Below are positions 37,116-48,252 of a stretch of 64,000 nucleotides of DNA, piece after piece. A model generated the notes under the pieces. The model searched no databases and was not told the origin of the DNA. It saw only the letters and a program-made list of their open reading frames with translations. A program made the translations under genes and the position numbers. Position 1 is the stretch's first letter, and each line of letters starts with the position of its first letter. The stretch is from Bacteriovoracaceae bacterium. Its GTDB lineage: Bacteria; Bdellovibrionota; Bacteriovoracia; Bacteriovoracales; Bacteriovoracaceae. The stretch is taken from the NCBI GenBank assembly GCA_048270185.1, contig JBLWTJ010000001.1:864001-928000 (forward strand). The letters run 5' to 3'.

Positions 37116-37565
37116 TTCAGCTTTCTTATTCGTTAAAGATAAGTCCTAGCGTCTCGCTCGGGAAACATAATTTTCACAATCTCTTTGCATAAAATCAACT
37201 CACTTCTAACGATTAGAAATTCTCCTATGGCTATAATTATAAAAAAGAGATCGTACTCTTTGGAAAACATAACTAGGAGAAAAATATGTGCTTGAAAAAT
37301 GTAACAAAAAAATTAACTCAATCAATCATTACGGGGTCAGTTTAACTGGCCCTTTTTTTTTACCTCGAATTATACCCATTACGCGGACAATACGGCAGTG
37401 ATAAGTGCAAGTGATGTTGATGGTTGTGATCTTCGTGACCGATTGAACCTTTAAATGATTGAGTTTCACCATTTTGTGTTAGCCTAACTTCTCTAACATC
37501 AATGGCGCGATTTACTGAATGATAGCTGCGATTTGTATGACGAGTGTCTCCTGTAATACCTGCAT

Positions 37566-37906
37566 GTGAAAAAGAGATTTTCTCAATTGTCTCTTCTCCC
37601 CTATCGGAAGTTCTCTAAGGTCGAATTAGTGGATTACGCTAACCTACTTCACCTAGGAGATCATTTTGGTATTGTAGAAGTCTACGTCGGACATGATCAC
37701 TGGTTTGAAGACAAGAATGTGCGTGAATTATCTCTGCCCCGAGAAGGACTCATCATCCAAAGGACTATATTATAAGTTCTGGGGATACTGTCATCCTCTA
37801 TGGCCGTGCTGATATGCTAACTGAAATTAGTACCCGTACAAAAGAAGTAGGCGAAGAAGAGCGTGAAAAAAAAGAAGAAGAAGTCCAAGAGCATCGAGCA
37901 AATTAA
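37566..37906 (+). pseudogene. Degraded TrkA-C domain protein
   Basis: DYANLLHL...VEVYV..DHW..KNVRELSLPREGLII, then frameshift to SGDTVILYGRADML.EI; N-terminal part missing. Confidence 0.6.
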
Positions 37907-37909
37907 GGA

Positions 37910-39865
37910 CTACTTTAACTGACTAGCAAATAGTTTTTCGACCTCACTAATAACCGAATCATTTACTTGATTCATATCAATATCAAAGCTCTGTGCATTA
38001 TTCTCAATGGCCTTCTTAATCTCCTCAAGACGACATTCTTTCTTCTTAAAGAATTTCTTCTTACACTTTTTGGATTTAAAGGCATCTGTTAGTAAATCAA
38101 CCATTTTGTGAGCATCGGCCTTAACGTTAGGGCTTTTATAATATTGATCGACAAGAGAATACTCTGTATATTGATCACCAGCATAACGCTTATTGGATTT
38201 TAAACTCTCTCTTATTCCCTTTCCGCAGTAGACGCTGGACTTAGTATCCCACATCTCTTTGAGTGGTTCTTTTTTAAAAGAGAAAACTTCAGTAAGGCAG
38301 GTAATAATTCCGGTACCACCGAACACAGCTTTTGCCACTTTTGCATTCACTACTGGCTTTACTTGCATACTATCTTTTAATACTTCTGGTTTTATACCTG
38401 AAAGTTGTGCGAGCTGCTTTGTTGCTTCACTTGAATAACAAGAGTCGGTAATTGACTTTTCTTGAATACATTTATCTTCAACTTTTTGCCAATCAACTTT
38501 TTTCACTCCATCGATAAGCATTGAAGTATATTTCTCAACTTGCTTACTTGAGTCTGACTTAGCTAATTTCTTTAAGGACTCCATCCCTCCGCGATAACAA
38601 AGGTCTTTATTTGAATAAGTATCAGTATGGTCAACAGCATCAGCAACAAGCTCACTTATACACTTATCATCAATGATAATATTTGGAATACGAGATAATC
38701 TTACGTTATTGGTTTCAATTGAACTCATTAGTAAGTGTTCTTTATTTGTGTATAAACTGAAACCAGGCTTACTTGAAATACACTTATCTGTACTTGCGAT
38801 ATTAACTTTAAATGGATTAGTAAATTCTTTCCCGTTAAAAATATTCTTTTTGAAATAAGAAAAGTGTTTCGGGCATTGTTTTTTTATTTGTTCTGGAAAT
38901 AAAATATACCAAGAAATCATTTCAGCATATTCTTCAGTTGGATCAGTTTTACCATACTCTGTAACAGAACATCCTTTTGAATCTCTAGTCCATATATCTG
39001 TATCAATACTTATTGAACCTATCTTCTTCTTACCTTTTGTAAGTTTCCAATTATTTAATTTATAATAGGGATCTTTCTCACTAAGTTTTTTTCCTTTCAG
39101 ATCTATACCGATTGCCATAAAGTCATGATGATGAGCTGTCTCATGAACAATTGTATGAAAAGTATCATCGATGGAACGATTCAATGAACGATGAGTAAAA
39201 GTGATACTCCCTTGATTCTTAGAATACTTCGTTTCATATGACGGTTTGGCCCAAGCGAGGGTACCGGCTTCAAGAGTGTACCCTTCAGGAAGAGCATACA
39301 TCTTCTTTAGTCCTTTAAGTCCTATTAGCTCCTTAGGCATCATTTCCATCGCCGTGCCTAATTTTCGAAGATCTTCTTTACTCCAAATATACTCATCACC
39401 TTTTTGAAATGGTCCATTTGATTGGCTAGCACTTACTGTATATCCAGTTTTCTTTGTTATACTTGCCGCTCTCATGGCCGCTTCTTTGTCTTTAAATGTT
39501 GCCTCAAGTAAACATATGGCCGTCTTACAACTCTTGGCCTTTTCTTTAAACCAAGTTGGAGTGAAATTCTTGTCTTTATCAGCGTTACTTAAAATACTCT
39601 CAGTCACATCAAGTAATGCCTTTGGTCCACTGACATTAATACCTGCGATATTTCTTTTTTGAACTGATTTATTAGGAAATAATTTATCAAATTCATTCTT
39701 TGCATCAGAGAAGTACTTACTTTCTTCACAAGTAAATATCTTTCCAGTAATACTATCAATATCTGATGAAAACCCATGAAAGTGATCATGAGCGTGTGGT
39801 TCATAGCATGATGGATCTTGAGCAAAAGATGATAATGTTAGTAAGGCAATGAATAATGACTTCAC
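37910..39865 (-). CDS. Secreted zinc metalloprotease-like (HExxH) Cys-rich protein
   Basis: Signal peptide; TIVHETAHHHDF; VTEYGKTDPTEEYAE (third-ligand motif). Confidence 0.75.
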   Translation of the reverse strand: MKSLFIALLTLSSFAQDPSCYEPHAHDHFHGFSSDIDSITGKIFTCEESKYFSDAKNEFDKLFPNKSVQKRNIAGINVSGPKALLDVTESILSNADKDKNFTPTWFKEKAKSCKTAICLLEATFKDKEAAMRAASITKKTGYTVSASQSNGPFQKGDEYIWSKEDLRKLGTAMEMMPKELIGLKGLKKMYALPEGYTLEAGTLAWAKPSYETKYSKNQGSITFTHRSLNRSIDDTFHTIVHETAHHHDFMAIGIDLKGKKLSEKDPYYKLNNWKLTKGKKKIGSISIDTDIWTRDSKGCSVTEYGKTDPTEEYAEMISWYILFPEQIKKQCPKHFSYFKKNIFNGKEFTNPFKVNIASTDKCISSKPGFSLYTNKEHLLMSSIETNNVRLSRIPNIIIDDKCISELVADAVDHTDTYSNKDLCYRGGMESLKKLAKSDSSKQVEKYTSMLIDGVKKVDWQKVEDKCIQEKSITDSCYSSEATKQLAQLSGIKPEVLKDSMQVKPVVNAKVAKAVFGGTGIITCLTEVFSFKKEPLKEMWDTKSSVYCGKGIRESLKSNKRYAGDQYTEYSLVDQYYKSPNVKADAHKMVDLLTDAFKSKKCKKKFFKKKECRLEEIKKAIENNAQSFDIDMNQVNDSVISEVEKLFASQLK

Positions 39866-40290
39866 TACTCTCCTCCTTTAGTAATAGGAGGATTTGTCAT
39901 CGATTTAAAGTGTGCATTTAATGTATCGACTTTCTTCTCTGACTTCCAAGGCTTTTGCCATTGTAGCTTTGTTAATTTGTTTGGAAATTTAAAATAAAAG
40001 AGTTGCCCAGTCTTGGCATCTCCTAAAATATAGCTTTTAACTTGACCATGTGATGAGTTTTCTTGATAGACAACTTCAAATTTAGATTGCGCTATACTAT
40101 CAATGATCTTACTAGAGTCTTTTAGCTCTAATGTTGTCGCTGTCTCACTCTTTTTAAACTCACCATACTTTACAGTGAACTTAGCCTTCTTGGACTTTGA
40201 AAACTGTACGTAGTCCCTCTCAACTTGCTTTATATCTTGAGCAAGAGAGTAAGTAACAAAGAATAGAGAAAGAAATAAAAATCTAACCAT
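39865..40290 (-). CDS. Secreted hypothetical protein
   Basis: Signal peptide from ATG 40290; overlaps both neighbours. Confidence 0.65.
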   Translation of the reverse strand: MVRFLFLSLFFVTYSLAQDIKQVERDYVQFSKSKKAKFTVKYGEFKKSETATTLELKDSSKIIDSIAQSKFEVVYQENSSHGQVKSYILGDAKTGQLFYFKFPNKLTKLQWQKPWKSEKKVDTLNAHFKSMTNPPITKGGE

Positions 40291-40693
40291 TACCTTCTCT
40301 AGCTTCTCTTTCACTAATTTCTTTTAATTCTTTATAGAGTTTCTTATTCTTTTCAGATAGGGCCTTATTAAGAATAGGCATAAACTCATCTTTTCTCTTC
40401 TTAATTAATGGTTCAATCAACTCCACAAGAAAGTAATTTCCATTTACATCTAAGAGCTCATTAAAAACACGAGCAAGCTCTTTAGCAAGTTCTGGTGACC
40501 AGTCTTTTGTTAACTCATCAGCTGTCTGGCCAACTAAAGTTAATTGCTTATTATCACCATTGCCCTTAATTTTCTTTATTTCTTTTAGCTGCTTAACATA
40601 AGTTTCTTTCATATTTGAAGCGAAAGATGTCGCTCCACTAAAACTAATGATCAGGCAAAATAAAATATGCTTGAGGTACTTTTTAGAGTTCAC
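40283..40693 (-). CDS. Secreted helical protein, candidate amidase immunity protein
   Basis: GTG after AAGGAGG overlaps the end of the amidase gene; signal peptide. Confidence 0.6.
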   Translation of the reverse strand: MNSKKYLKHILFCLIISFSGATSFASNMKETYVKQLKEIKKIKGNGDNKQLTLVGQTADELTKDWSPELAKELARVFNELLDVNGNYFLVELIEPLIKKRKDEFMPILNKALSEKNKKLYKELKEISEREAREGNG

Positions 40694-42149
40694 TAGGTAC
40701 CTCCTTAAGTTGTTTCTTATACTCATCAGGTATCTGATAATAAATTCCAATTGGTCTTCTCATACCACCGACTCTCGTTGGTTCATCATTAATAAAGTCA
40801 CTAATATACTCATTCTCAGATGCTTTAATTTCTATATGCCCAGGGGCCCCGCGACGTACTCCATCAACAGTAGTCGTACGACCTGAACGAATCTTTTCAT
40901 AAACAATAATAGCACCAGGAGGCGCTGTTTCTGGAGTTAGATGTGCCATTTCAGGGTAATCAAGAATATTTTCAAACCCTAACTTCTTAAGCCATCTTCC
41001 ACCTTCAACAGCGTCGTCTGCATTTTTCCCCCAAGGATACTCAGAGAAATTAGCAAATCGTTTTCCTTCTTCTGCTGGATATGGGTAGAGAGCATGCTTT
41101 ACATAGGCAGCACACTTTGCAATTGATTTCGTCTTAGGTTTTGATTTCGAATATCTTGTACCCTTACAAAGCCCTCTTAGACATTCTGTTGTATTATCCC
41201 TAATTCTAGTTATGGTATCTTTCATACGTTCATCTTCAACTGAAGCTGTGATTGCTTGCTCAAGAATACCGCGGTTAAAGAGCCTAGCTTCCTCTTGCTT
41301 CTTTTCAAGCTCTTCAAGATATTCAACGGCCTTTGTCCCAAGTCCATTTGTAATTTTATCAATTTCATCTTGATTAAATGGCGTGATCACATCAGGAAGA
41401 AAAGAAATTAAATTTTGCACATCCATACATTGAACAACGGTTTTCGTTGTATTTTCCATAATCCAAGTTAAATTTTTACAATAATCAAAGTTTGTAGAAG
41501 AGACCTCACAAGAACGCATTGACTCAGCGGCAATTGCAATATAGGCACTTAATTTCTTTGGGTCCTCTTGTAAACTAATTAAATGATCCATCCCTGCAAC
41601 ATGATCTTTTAGGAAATCATCAATACAAGATGAAGTAGCAAGATTTGGATCAGAATCATCTGTTGTTGTACAGATCCCCTTACCATCATCTCCAGGGCCA
41701 AAGATTATGGGATTACAGCGAAAGAGATTCGCACCACCACAGCTATTCTTATAGCCTTCACCAAAAATTTCCATTTCAGGGTTATCTCGAACAGATCGAG
41801 ACCATGGAGCAACACACTTTCCATTTTTAATATTGGTCATCCAACCACCAAAATTACAAAAGATAGTAGGATCTTCAATTGTTGCATAAGCACTATTAAA
41901 AAGATTTTCGAGTAAGTAGAAATTATTCTGTGTTAAATAGACATTGATTTTTTCTTGCTCATACTTTGTCTTCTTAGCTTTCTGCTCTAAGACCTTCATG
42001 AGATTGAAATGAAACTCTTTCCTCTCACCTAAACTTAACTGTCCATAGGCGATATCAACTCGCTCATTGGTCCACTGGTAATCAGCGGCCGACACACTTG
42101 TCGCCAAAGCAGTAAAGACTAAGGCCAAATTGATAAATACTCTTCTCAC
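40683..42149 (-). CDS. Secreted protein with C-terminal CHAP/NlpC-P60-like peptidoglycan amidase
   Basis: KCAAYVKHAL...LKKLGF...PPGAIIVY...PGHIEIK...YISDF (Cys-His-Asp); Cys-rich N-domain CNFGGW...RCNPIIFG. Confidence 0.7.
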   Translation of the reverse strand: MRRVFINLALVFTALATSVSAADYQWTNERVDIAYGQLSLGERKEFHFNLMKVLEQKAKKTKYEQEKINVYLTQNNFYLLENLFNSAYATIEDPTIFCNFGGWMTNIKNGKCVAPWSRSVRDNPEMEIFGEGYKNSCGGANLFRCNPIIFGPGDDGKGICTTTDDSDPNLATSSCIDDFLKDHVAGMDHLISLQEDPKKLSAYIAIAAESMRSCEVSSTNFDYCKNLTWIMENTTKTVVQCMDVQNLISFLPDVITPFNQDEIDKITNGLGTKAVEYLEELEKKQEEARLFNRGILEQAITASVEDERMKDTITRIRDNTTECLRGLCKGTRYSKSKPKTKSIAKCAAYVKHALYPYPAEEGKRFANFSEYPWGKNADDAVEGGRWLKKLGFENILDYPEMAHLTPETAPPGAIIVYEKIRSGRTTTVDGVRRGAPGHIEIKASENEYISDFINDEPTRVGGMRRPIGIYYQIPDEYKKQLKEVPSEL

Positions 42150-42370
42150 ATCTTCCCCATAAGAAACTATAGTGTTCCTATCGGTTAATCCTTAAATTTC
42201 CTTTAGACACTTTAATTTCTTGTCGTCAATGAACTAAGTTACTGATAATTGGCTTAATATTTATTAATATGTGTGATTTAACAGAAGTAATTTCAATGTA
42301 AAAAGTACATAAATTCTATCTAGTTAAGAAAATATGCTATGTATCTCCTAATTTATATTTTGGAGATATT

Positions 42371-42964
42371 ATGAAATTTTTTTTATGCTTAATTATTAGT
42401 ATTTTTTCACTTACAAATGTAAACGCTCAATCCTGTACTGAACAGTATGAACAGATAGTAAAAAACGATAAGTTCCTACCACAAGAAGTAAAGAATGCCA
42501 TTTCAGTCTCGGCCGGTGTTACTGGTGGTTTTTTAACTTATGTAGCAGCTTCATTCGTTGCACCGGGTGCTCCACTAGTTTTTGCAGCAATAGGTGCATT
42601 AACAACACAAAAATCAGTTTATAAAAATCTCTTTAGCGAATCTGGGGAAGCATTTACAGAGGTATATAAATTCTCTTTTAACAATACAAAATCAAAAATT
42701 GGTCAGGAGCTAGTTGCGAAACTAATTATTGAAGGAAAAAATAAAGAAGAAGCGATTAATCGTGTAAAGTCTATGGCCGCAATTACAAAGGACTTAATGG
42801 AATCAGATGCACTTTGTAATGGAGAGGTTTCAAAACTAGGTGAAGAAATTGTCACATATAAGAAACGTCATAAAGGTCATAAGATAAAAGTTAAAACGAC
42901 AAAAACCAGAAAGCTTGCACATATTGAAGAAGTTCTAAACTATATAAAAGATAATAATCTCTAA
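42371..42964 (+). CDS. Secreted/membrane hypothetical protein
   Basis: Signal peptide, Gly/Ala-rich hydrophobic segment. Confidence 0.7.
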   Translation: MKFFLCLIISIFSLTNVNAQSCTEQYEQIVKNDKFLPQEVKNAISVSAGVTGGFLTYVAASFVAPGAPLVFAAIGALTTQKSVYKNLFSESGEAFTEVYKFSFNNTKSKIGQELVAKLIIEGKNKEEAINRVKSMAAITKDLMESDALCNGEVSKLGEEIVTYKKRHKGHKIKVKTTKTRKLAHIEEVLNYIKDNNL

Positions 42965-42965
42965 T

Positions 42966-43015
42966 ATTTTTGGTCATATAGCTCTGCATAGATAATTGCT
43001 ATATGACCAAAAAAA
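42966..43015 (+). terminator. Long inverted repeat / terminator
   Basis: TTTTTTGGTCATATAGC ... GCTATATGACCAAAAAA. Confidence 0.6.
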
Positions 43016-43296
43016 TTATCTACCTTAAGTTCATTTACGATAGCATATCAACGGAAAAAGAATTCGTGATTTCAAGCAATTAGGCTATCTAATGACTAAA
43101 AATTAACACAAAAACATGATATATGTCAGTAGATTTTTCATTATTTTCTGCAGATTTCTACGTACTTTCACGCGATTTTTATACACAAAATTTACATAGA
43201 AAGAGTAAGTGTACATTATTAGTAAGGATTTAAACACACCACATTAGTACATTTCTCATTTTTGATGTTAAAAACTAAATCCATTAAAATAGCTGC

Positions 43297-43671
43297 ATGG
43301 AAACAATTCTTAAAACAATAATCGTTGCAGAAGACGACCTTACTTTAAACGAACTCTATGTAGAGGTCTTAGAATCTTATGGCTTCAAAAGTATTGGTTT
43401 TGAAGACGGAAAGAAAGCATTACTATACGCAATCACTAATAAAGTTGACTTCATTCTTACAGATTTAAAAATGCCGACAATGGACGGGATCGAACTCCTA
43501 GAAGAAATACGAAATATTCACCCGAAGGATCCACCAGTTCTAATCATTACAGGTTACGCTGATGCAAAAACAAGACAACAAGCACAAAACTTAGGGGCCA
43601 TAGGCTTATTATCAAAACCTTTTAACTTTGATGAAATCATTAAAATAATCAACACAAATATAAAAAGCTAA
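43297..43671 (+). CDS. Single-domain response regulator
   Basis: AEDD, LTDLKMPTMDG, ITG, KPF. Confidence 0.92.
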   Translation: METILKTIIVAEDDLTLNELYVEVLESYGFKSIGFEDGKKALLYAITNKVDFILTDLKMPTMDGIELLEEIRNIHPKDPPVLIITGYADAKTRQQAQNLGAIGLLSKPFNFDEIIKIINTNIKS

Positions 43672-43674
43672 GTC

Positions 43675-46635
43675 ATGAAACTACACAGAGAGAATAAAGA
43701 CTTACTCACATTAATAACGAGTATAATAGTAGTCTTTATAGGCTCTATTGTTGTAATTGGTTGGATAATGAATATCCCCACTTTCGTTCAAATCTCAAAG
43801 AGCTTTGTTCCTATGCAATTAAATACAGCAATATGCTTTATTCTTTCAGGAATCATTTTAAATTACTCCTTAGGAAGAAAGAAATACTCTCACTTCTATC
43901 AAATTCTATCGATTACGCTATTTATGATTTCTTTTACTACATTACTTCAATATATTCTCGGTCATAATTATGGAATCGATGAATTTTTGATGAAGCATTA
44001 TATTCTAACCAAATCCACATTCCCGGGGCGAATGTCCCCTAATAGTGCAACATGTTTTATCCTTGTTTCTCTTACAAGCTTAGTTAAAGTCTTTCTCTCA
44101 AGATACAAAGTATATCTGAATCTACAATTATTAATCATCAGTCTCTTGTTTACTCTATCTGCAACTGCATTTTTAGGATATATATTTAGCCTAGATGTAA
44201 CATTTGTTTGGCAAAAGTATACAAGAATGGCGCTACATACATCACTAACATTCCTTATTATTGCATCAACTAGTTTCTACAACACAATATCATCTATAAA
44301 AGAAGATAACGACTATAATTGGATCCCAATACCTACTACACTTGGCTTTCTTTTTACATTTGTTTTAATCGGGCAAATTATAAAACAAACGGAAATCAAT
44401 AATATCAAACAAGTGATTCAAAATGAAACAAACTCGCTCAGAAGTCGAATTGAAATAATAATCGATGATAAAGTAAATGATTTAAAAAGATTGGCTAAAC
44501 GATCTGACATATATAAACAACAGGATGAAAATGCATGGAAGAAAGATGCTTTTAGCTATCTTGAGGCAAATGAACAATATATTCAGCTGCAAAGAATTAC
44601 AGAAAATGCAAAATGGACAGTTACAGCACATAACAAAGAAGTCTATTTCGAAAATAAGGCAAAGAAAGAAGAAATTCTTAAACAAGTAAAAAAATTAGAA
44701 AAAACACTATTTAGTCGTATATTTTCAATACGAGATATAGATGAGAAAAAAAATCGTAATGTATTCTATATAGCAATACCAAGATTTGACTTTAACAAAT
44801 ATGTAGAGACAACTCTAGTACTTGTTGATGTCGAGAAACTATTTAAAAGTATGTTACTAAACATTGACTCACAAAGCTTTCATATAAGATTTAAAGAAAA
44901 CGATAAAATTATTTATACAAATACTCACTCTGATATATCAAGTATTACTCCAGTCAATTTTGATCTAAATAGCTACAATGATAATAATTGGATAATACAA
45001 ATAAATGTAACCGAACAATATGTTGATTCTTTTCGTTCTTCTATTGGTGAAGTGATTCTAATTTTTGGAGCTTTTTCTTCATTACTAGCAGGTTTACTCA
45101 TTTATATCTATCAAGATGCCAGAACACTAAAAGTAAAAGCTCAAGAGACTGAGAAAATTAAATCAGCAATTCTTGCAAATATGAGTCATGAAATAAGAAC
45201 TCCAATGAATGGTATCATTGGGATGGCAGACTTACTCTCTGATAACTTGAGTAATAAAGAAGATATTAATAAATTAAATATAATAAAAGAAAGTGGTTCT
45301 GCGCTATTAAAAATAATTAATGATATTCTAGACTTCTCAAAACTTGAAGCAGGAAAAATTCATCTTGATGAACAAAATTTCAATATTAGAGAATTAATTA
45401 CTAAGATTACGCAATTATTTGAAATTGAAGCTCATGCAAAAGGTATATATTTAAAAGTTGAATATGAAAAAGACTTTCCAGAATATATCTGCTCTGATGA
45501 GTACAGAATAAGACAAATTATCAATAATCTACTTAACAATGCCATTAAGTTTACGAGTAAAGGCGGAGTGCTTATCAAAGCATCAGCAAAGAAAACTTTA
45601 ACTCAGGGTCATGATATTTCAATATCAATCATCGACACAGGTATCGGTATATCAAAACAGAACCAAGACCTACTCTTTCGAGACTTCTCACAAGTTGACC
45701 TATCCACAACAAGAAGATTTGGCGGAACAGGACTTGGTCTCTCGATATGCAAAAAACTTGCAACATATTTCAATGGTTCAATCACAGTAGAGAGTGAACT
45801 AGAAAAAGGTGCAACATTCACATTTAACTTCAAAGCAAATACTCTTTGTGAGGGACTGACCACTACGACAAAAACAAATAATATAAAACTAGATAAGCAA
45901 TCATTGAAGCTTGATATACTTGTAGTTGATGATAATGTTATTAATAGAAAAATCGCACAAGAAATATTAAAAAAATTCAATTGTAATACTTATTCTGCAT
46001 CTAATGGAAATGAAGCTCTCCTTATTATTGAGAAAAATAAGATTGATATAATATTAATGGATTGTCACATGCCTATTTTAGATGGTTATAAGACAACTCA
46101 GAAAATTATTGAAACCTATGGTGAAAATAGACCTCTAATTATTGCACTAACTGCAAGTACGATGAAAGAAGATATTTTAAAATGTGAAGAGTACGGAATG
46201 GACGATTTTCTAGCAAAACCTATCACATCTAAAGCTGTTTATAAGGTACTCTCAAAATATAAAGAAGTGGATCAAGTAAATAAAACATTAAGTAGTTTAA
46301 AGAGTGATCTTTTAAGCTACTTTGATGGTGATGAGAAGTTTATGAAAGAATCAATTGATTTACTCCTAAGTTCACAAAAGAAAATGCTTAATAATATAAG
46401 TAAGGCCATTCACACAAAGGATGCGCATAAAATTAAGAATGCGACCCATACCTACATAGGTGCTATCTCTAACTTTGGTTTAAATGAACTTGTAACTCAG
46501 GCCCAGTTGATAGAGAAAAATGGACAAGCACATAAGTTTAACACTTGCGAATTCCAGTACTTAGAACTTAAACGACAATCTCAATTATCAGAGAAGTATT
46601 TAAAGCAAATTAGCGAAGAAACAAAAAATGTCTAA
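43675..46635 (+). CDS. Multi-TM hybrid histidine kinase (HisKA-HATPase-REC-HPt)
   Basis: ANMSHEIRTPMNG, NAIKFT, DTGIG, GGTGLGL, MDCHMP, C-terminal ATHTYIG HPt. Confidence 0.92.
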   Translation: MKLHRENKDLLTLITSIIVVFIGSIVVIGWIMNIPTFVQISKSFVPMQLNTAICFILSGIILNYSLGRKKYSHFYQILSITLFMISFTTLLQYILGHNYGIDEFLMKHYILTKSTFPGRMSPNSATCFILVSLTSLVKVFLSRYKVYLNLQLLIISLLFTLSATAFLGYIFSLDVTFVWQKYTRMALHTSLTFLIIASTSFYNTISSIKEDNDYNWIPIPTTLGFLFTFVLIGQIIKQTEINNIKQVIQNETNSLRSRIEIIIDDKVNDLKRLAKRSDIYKQQDENAWKKDAFSYLEANEQYIQLQRITENAKWTVTAHNKEVYFENKAKKEEILKQVKKLEKTLFSRIFSIRDIDEKKNRNVFYIAIPRFDFNKYVETTLVLVDVEKLFKSMLLNIDSQSFHIRFKENDKIIYTNTHSDISSITPVNFDLNSYNDNNWIIQINVTEQYVDSFRSSIGEVILIFGAFSSLLAGLLIYIYQDARTLKVKAQETEKIKSAILANMSHEIRTPMNGIIGMADLLSDNLSNKEDINKLNIIKESGSALLKIINDILDFSKLEAGKIHLDEQNFNIRELITKITQLFEIEAHAKGIYLKVEYEKDFPEYICSDEYRIRQIINNLLNNAIKFTSKGGVLIKASAKKTLTQGHDISISIIDTGIGISKQNQDLLFRDFSQVDLSTTRRFGGTGLGLSICKKLATYFNGSITVESELEKGATFTFNFKANTLCEGLTTTTKTNNIKLDKQSLKLDILVVDDNVINRKIAQEILKKFNCNTYSASNGNEALLIIEKNKIDIILMDCHMPILDGYKTTQKIIETYGENRPLIIALTASTMKEDILKCEEYGMDDFLAKPITSKAVYKVLSKYKEVDQVNKTLSSLKSDLLSYFDGDEKFMKESIDLLLSSQKKMLNNISKAIHTKDAHKIKNATHTYIGAISNFGLNELVTQAQLIEKNGQAHKFNTCEFQYLELKRQSQLSEKYLKQISEETKNV

Positions 46636-46724
46636 ATAATTGACGACTCTAAATATTTTTTACTTCCTCTAATAATCTCTCTTAAATTCGGTATACTGCC
46701 AAGAAACCAATAAGAGAGAGAAAA

Positions 46725-47726
46725 ATGAAAAAACTTCTATGTATTAGTCTTGCGACCTTACTCGCATTTAACACTGTCGCTCAAGAGATCCCAGGGCAGG
46801 TCTCAGCTCAAGAGTCACAGGAACAAGTAACTCAAAATGAAGAAATTATATCTGATGATAATGAAACGATTGAAGTTCGTGAAAAGAATGAAAGGCTAAA
46901 TGAAGAGATTTACGACATCCTAGGAGAGAACGAAACTCTTGTACAACTAAATGATGCAAAAGATCTAATTCTCGACGAAGAAGATGAGTCCGACCTCGAT
47001 ATTATTAAGGCCATTCCACGAGACGCTTGGGCCCTTGTTAAAGCTCCAGCAGGCTGGTCAAAGAGGCAGTGGATTGTAGCGAGTGGTGCTGTTTCAATTT
47101 CAACAATGATTATGGTTGGAGATAAGCGTATTGCAGACTTCTTTCAGGCCAATAAGTCAGAATTTACAGAAGATGTCGCCTTCTGGGCAGAAAAAGGTGG
47201 AAGCCAGGCCCATATCGGTTTAGCTGCAACTTATGTTGTTGGAACAATTCTAAAAAATAAAAAACTTAAGAAAGCAGCTACACTTGCCTTCTCAAGCATG
47301 CTTATTAGTGGTGTTGTTGTTCAAGGTCTTAAAAAAGTTATTGGTCGAACTCGCCCATATGCAACGAATTCACAATGGGACTTCAAAGGGCCAGTACAGA
47401 TGTCATCGAGACATAACTCATTCCCGTCAGGGCATACTGCTTCAGCATTTGCCGTTGCAGCAAGTATTGCTACAGTTTATGACAGTAAACTCGTTAAAAT
47501 CCTGGCCTATGCAGCTGCTGCACTGACAGGTCTTTCAAGAGTACACGATAATAAACACTGGATGTCAGATGTATTTATGGGAGCTGTTATAGGAACTGCT
47601 TCAGGTATCTTTATTACAAAGAGACACATGAATAATAATTCTAAGAAGAAACTACAAGTTTATCCAACATATATCAACACTGGAGGCCAAAGTGGCGTTG
47701 GTGTTGGAATCAGACTAAGATTTTAA
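46725..47726 (+). CDS. PAP2 family phosphatase
   Basis: KKVIGRTRP, SFPSGH, SRVHDNKHWMSDV. Confidence 0.9.
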   Translation: MKKLLCISLATLLAFNTVAQEIPGQVSAQESQEQVTQNEEIISDDNETIEVREKNERLNEEIYDILGENETLVQLNDAKDLILDEEDESDLDIIKAIPRDAWALVKAPAGWSKRQWIVASGAVSISTMIMVGDKRIADFFQANKSEFTEDVAFWAEKGGSQAHIGLAATYVVGTILKNKKLKKAATLAFSSMLISGVVVQGLKKVIGRTRPYATNSQWDFKGPVQMSSRHNSFPSGHTASAFAVAASIATVYDSKLVKILAYAAAALTGLSRVHDNKHWMSDVFMGAVIGTASGIFITKRHMNNNSKKKLQVYPTYINTGGQSGVGVGIRLRF

Positions 47727-47733
47727 TAAAAAC

Positions 47734-47759
47734 AAAGGAGCTCTTAATGAGCTCCTTTT
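47734..47759. terminator. Bidirectional terminator hairpin
   Basis: AAAGGAGCTC-TTAAT-GAGCTCCTTT. Confidence 0.65.
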
Positions 47760-48181
47760 AGATCACTCTTATTAAAGGCATCAGACACGAAAACTTCAAC
47801 AAGGGCATTGAGGGCGTCTGTTACAGTAAAAATCCCATAAACTTTCCCATTATCATCAAGGACAATTGCCGAACCAATCTTGTTGGCCGACAACTCATAG
47901 GCAACCCGGCCAATTCCTTCATCTTTATGGACGGATAGAATATCTTCGCTCATAAAGTCATTAACCAGTACCTCACTACTCCAGTCTGATCCAAGGACCC
48001 CCATGACATCTCTTTCAGAAATGATTCCAATAATATTGTTACCATTACTAACGGGAAGATGCCTGATGTCGTTTTCAATCATTAGCTCATAGGCTTCTTG
48101 GGCCCTCGCATTTTGATCGATAACATGAATAATTGGAGTAGTAAATTCTTTGACTTTTATATTTTGCATGACAACCTCCAT
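47744..48181 (-). CDS. CBS domain pair protein
   Basis: IRHLPV...GIISERD; IGSAIVLD...GIFTVTD. Confidence 0.9.
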   Translation of the reverse strand: MEVVMQNIKVKEFTTPIIHVIDQNARAQEAYELMIENDIRHLPVSNGNNIIGIISERDVMGVLGSDWSSEVLVNDFMSEDILSVHKDEGIGRVAYELSANKIGSAIVLDDNGKVYGIFTVTDALNALVEVFVSDAFNKSDLKGAH

Positions 48182-48252
48182 GGTTTATTAAAGATTATCA
48201 TATTCATGAAATGCAATATTTGATCTATGTCAGTTAAATGTAAATTTTATTT

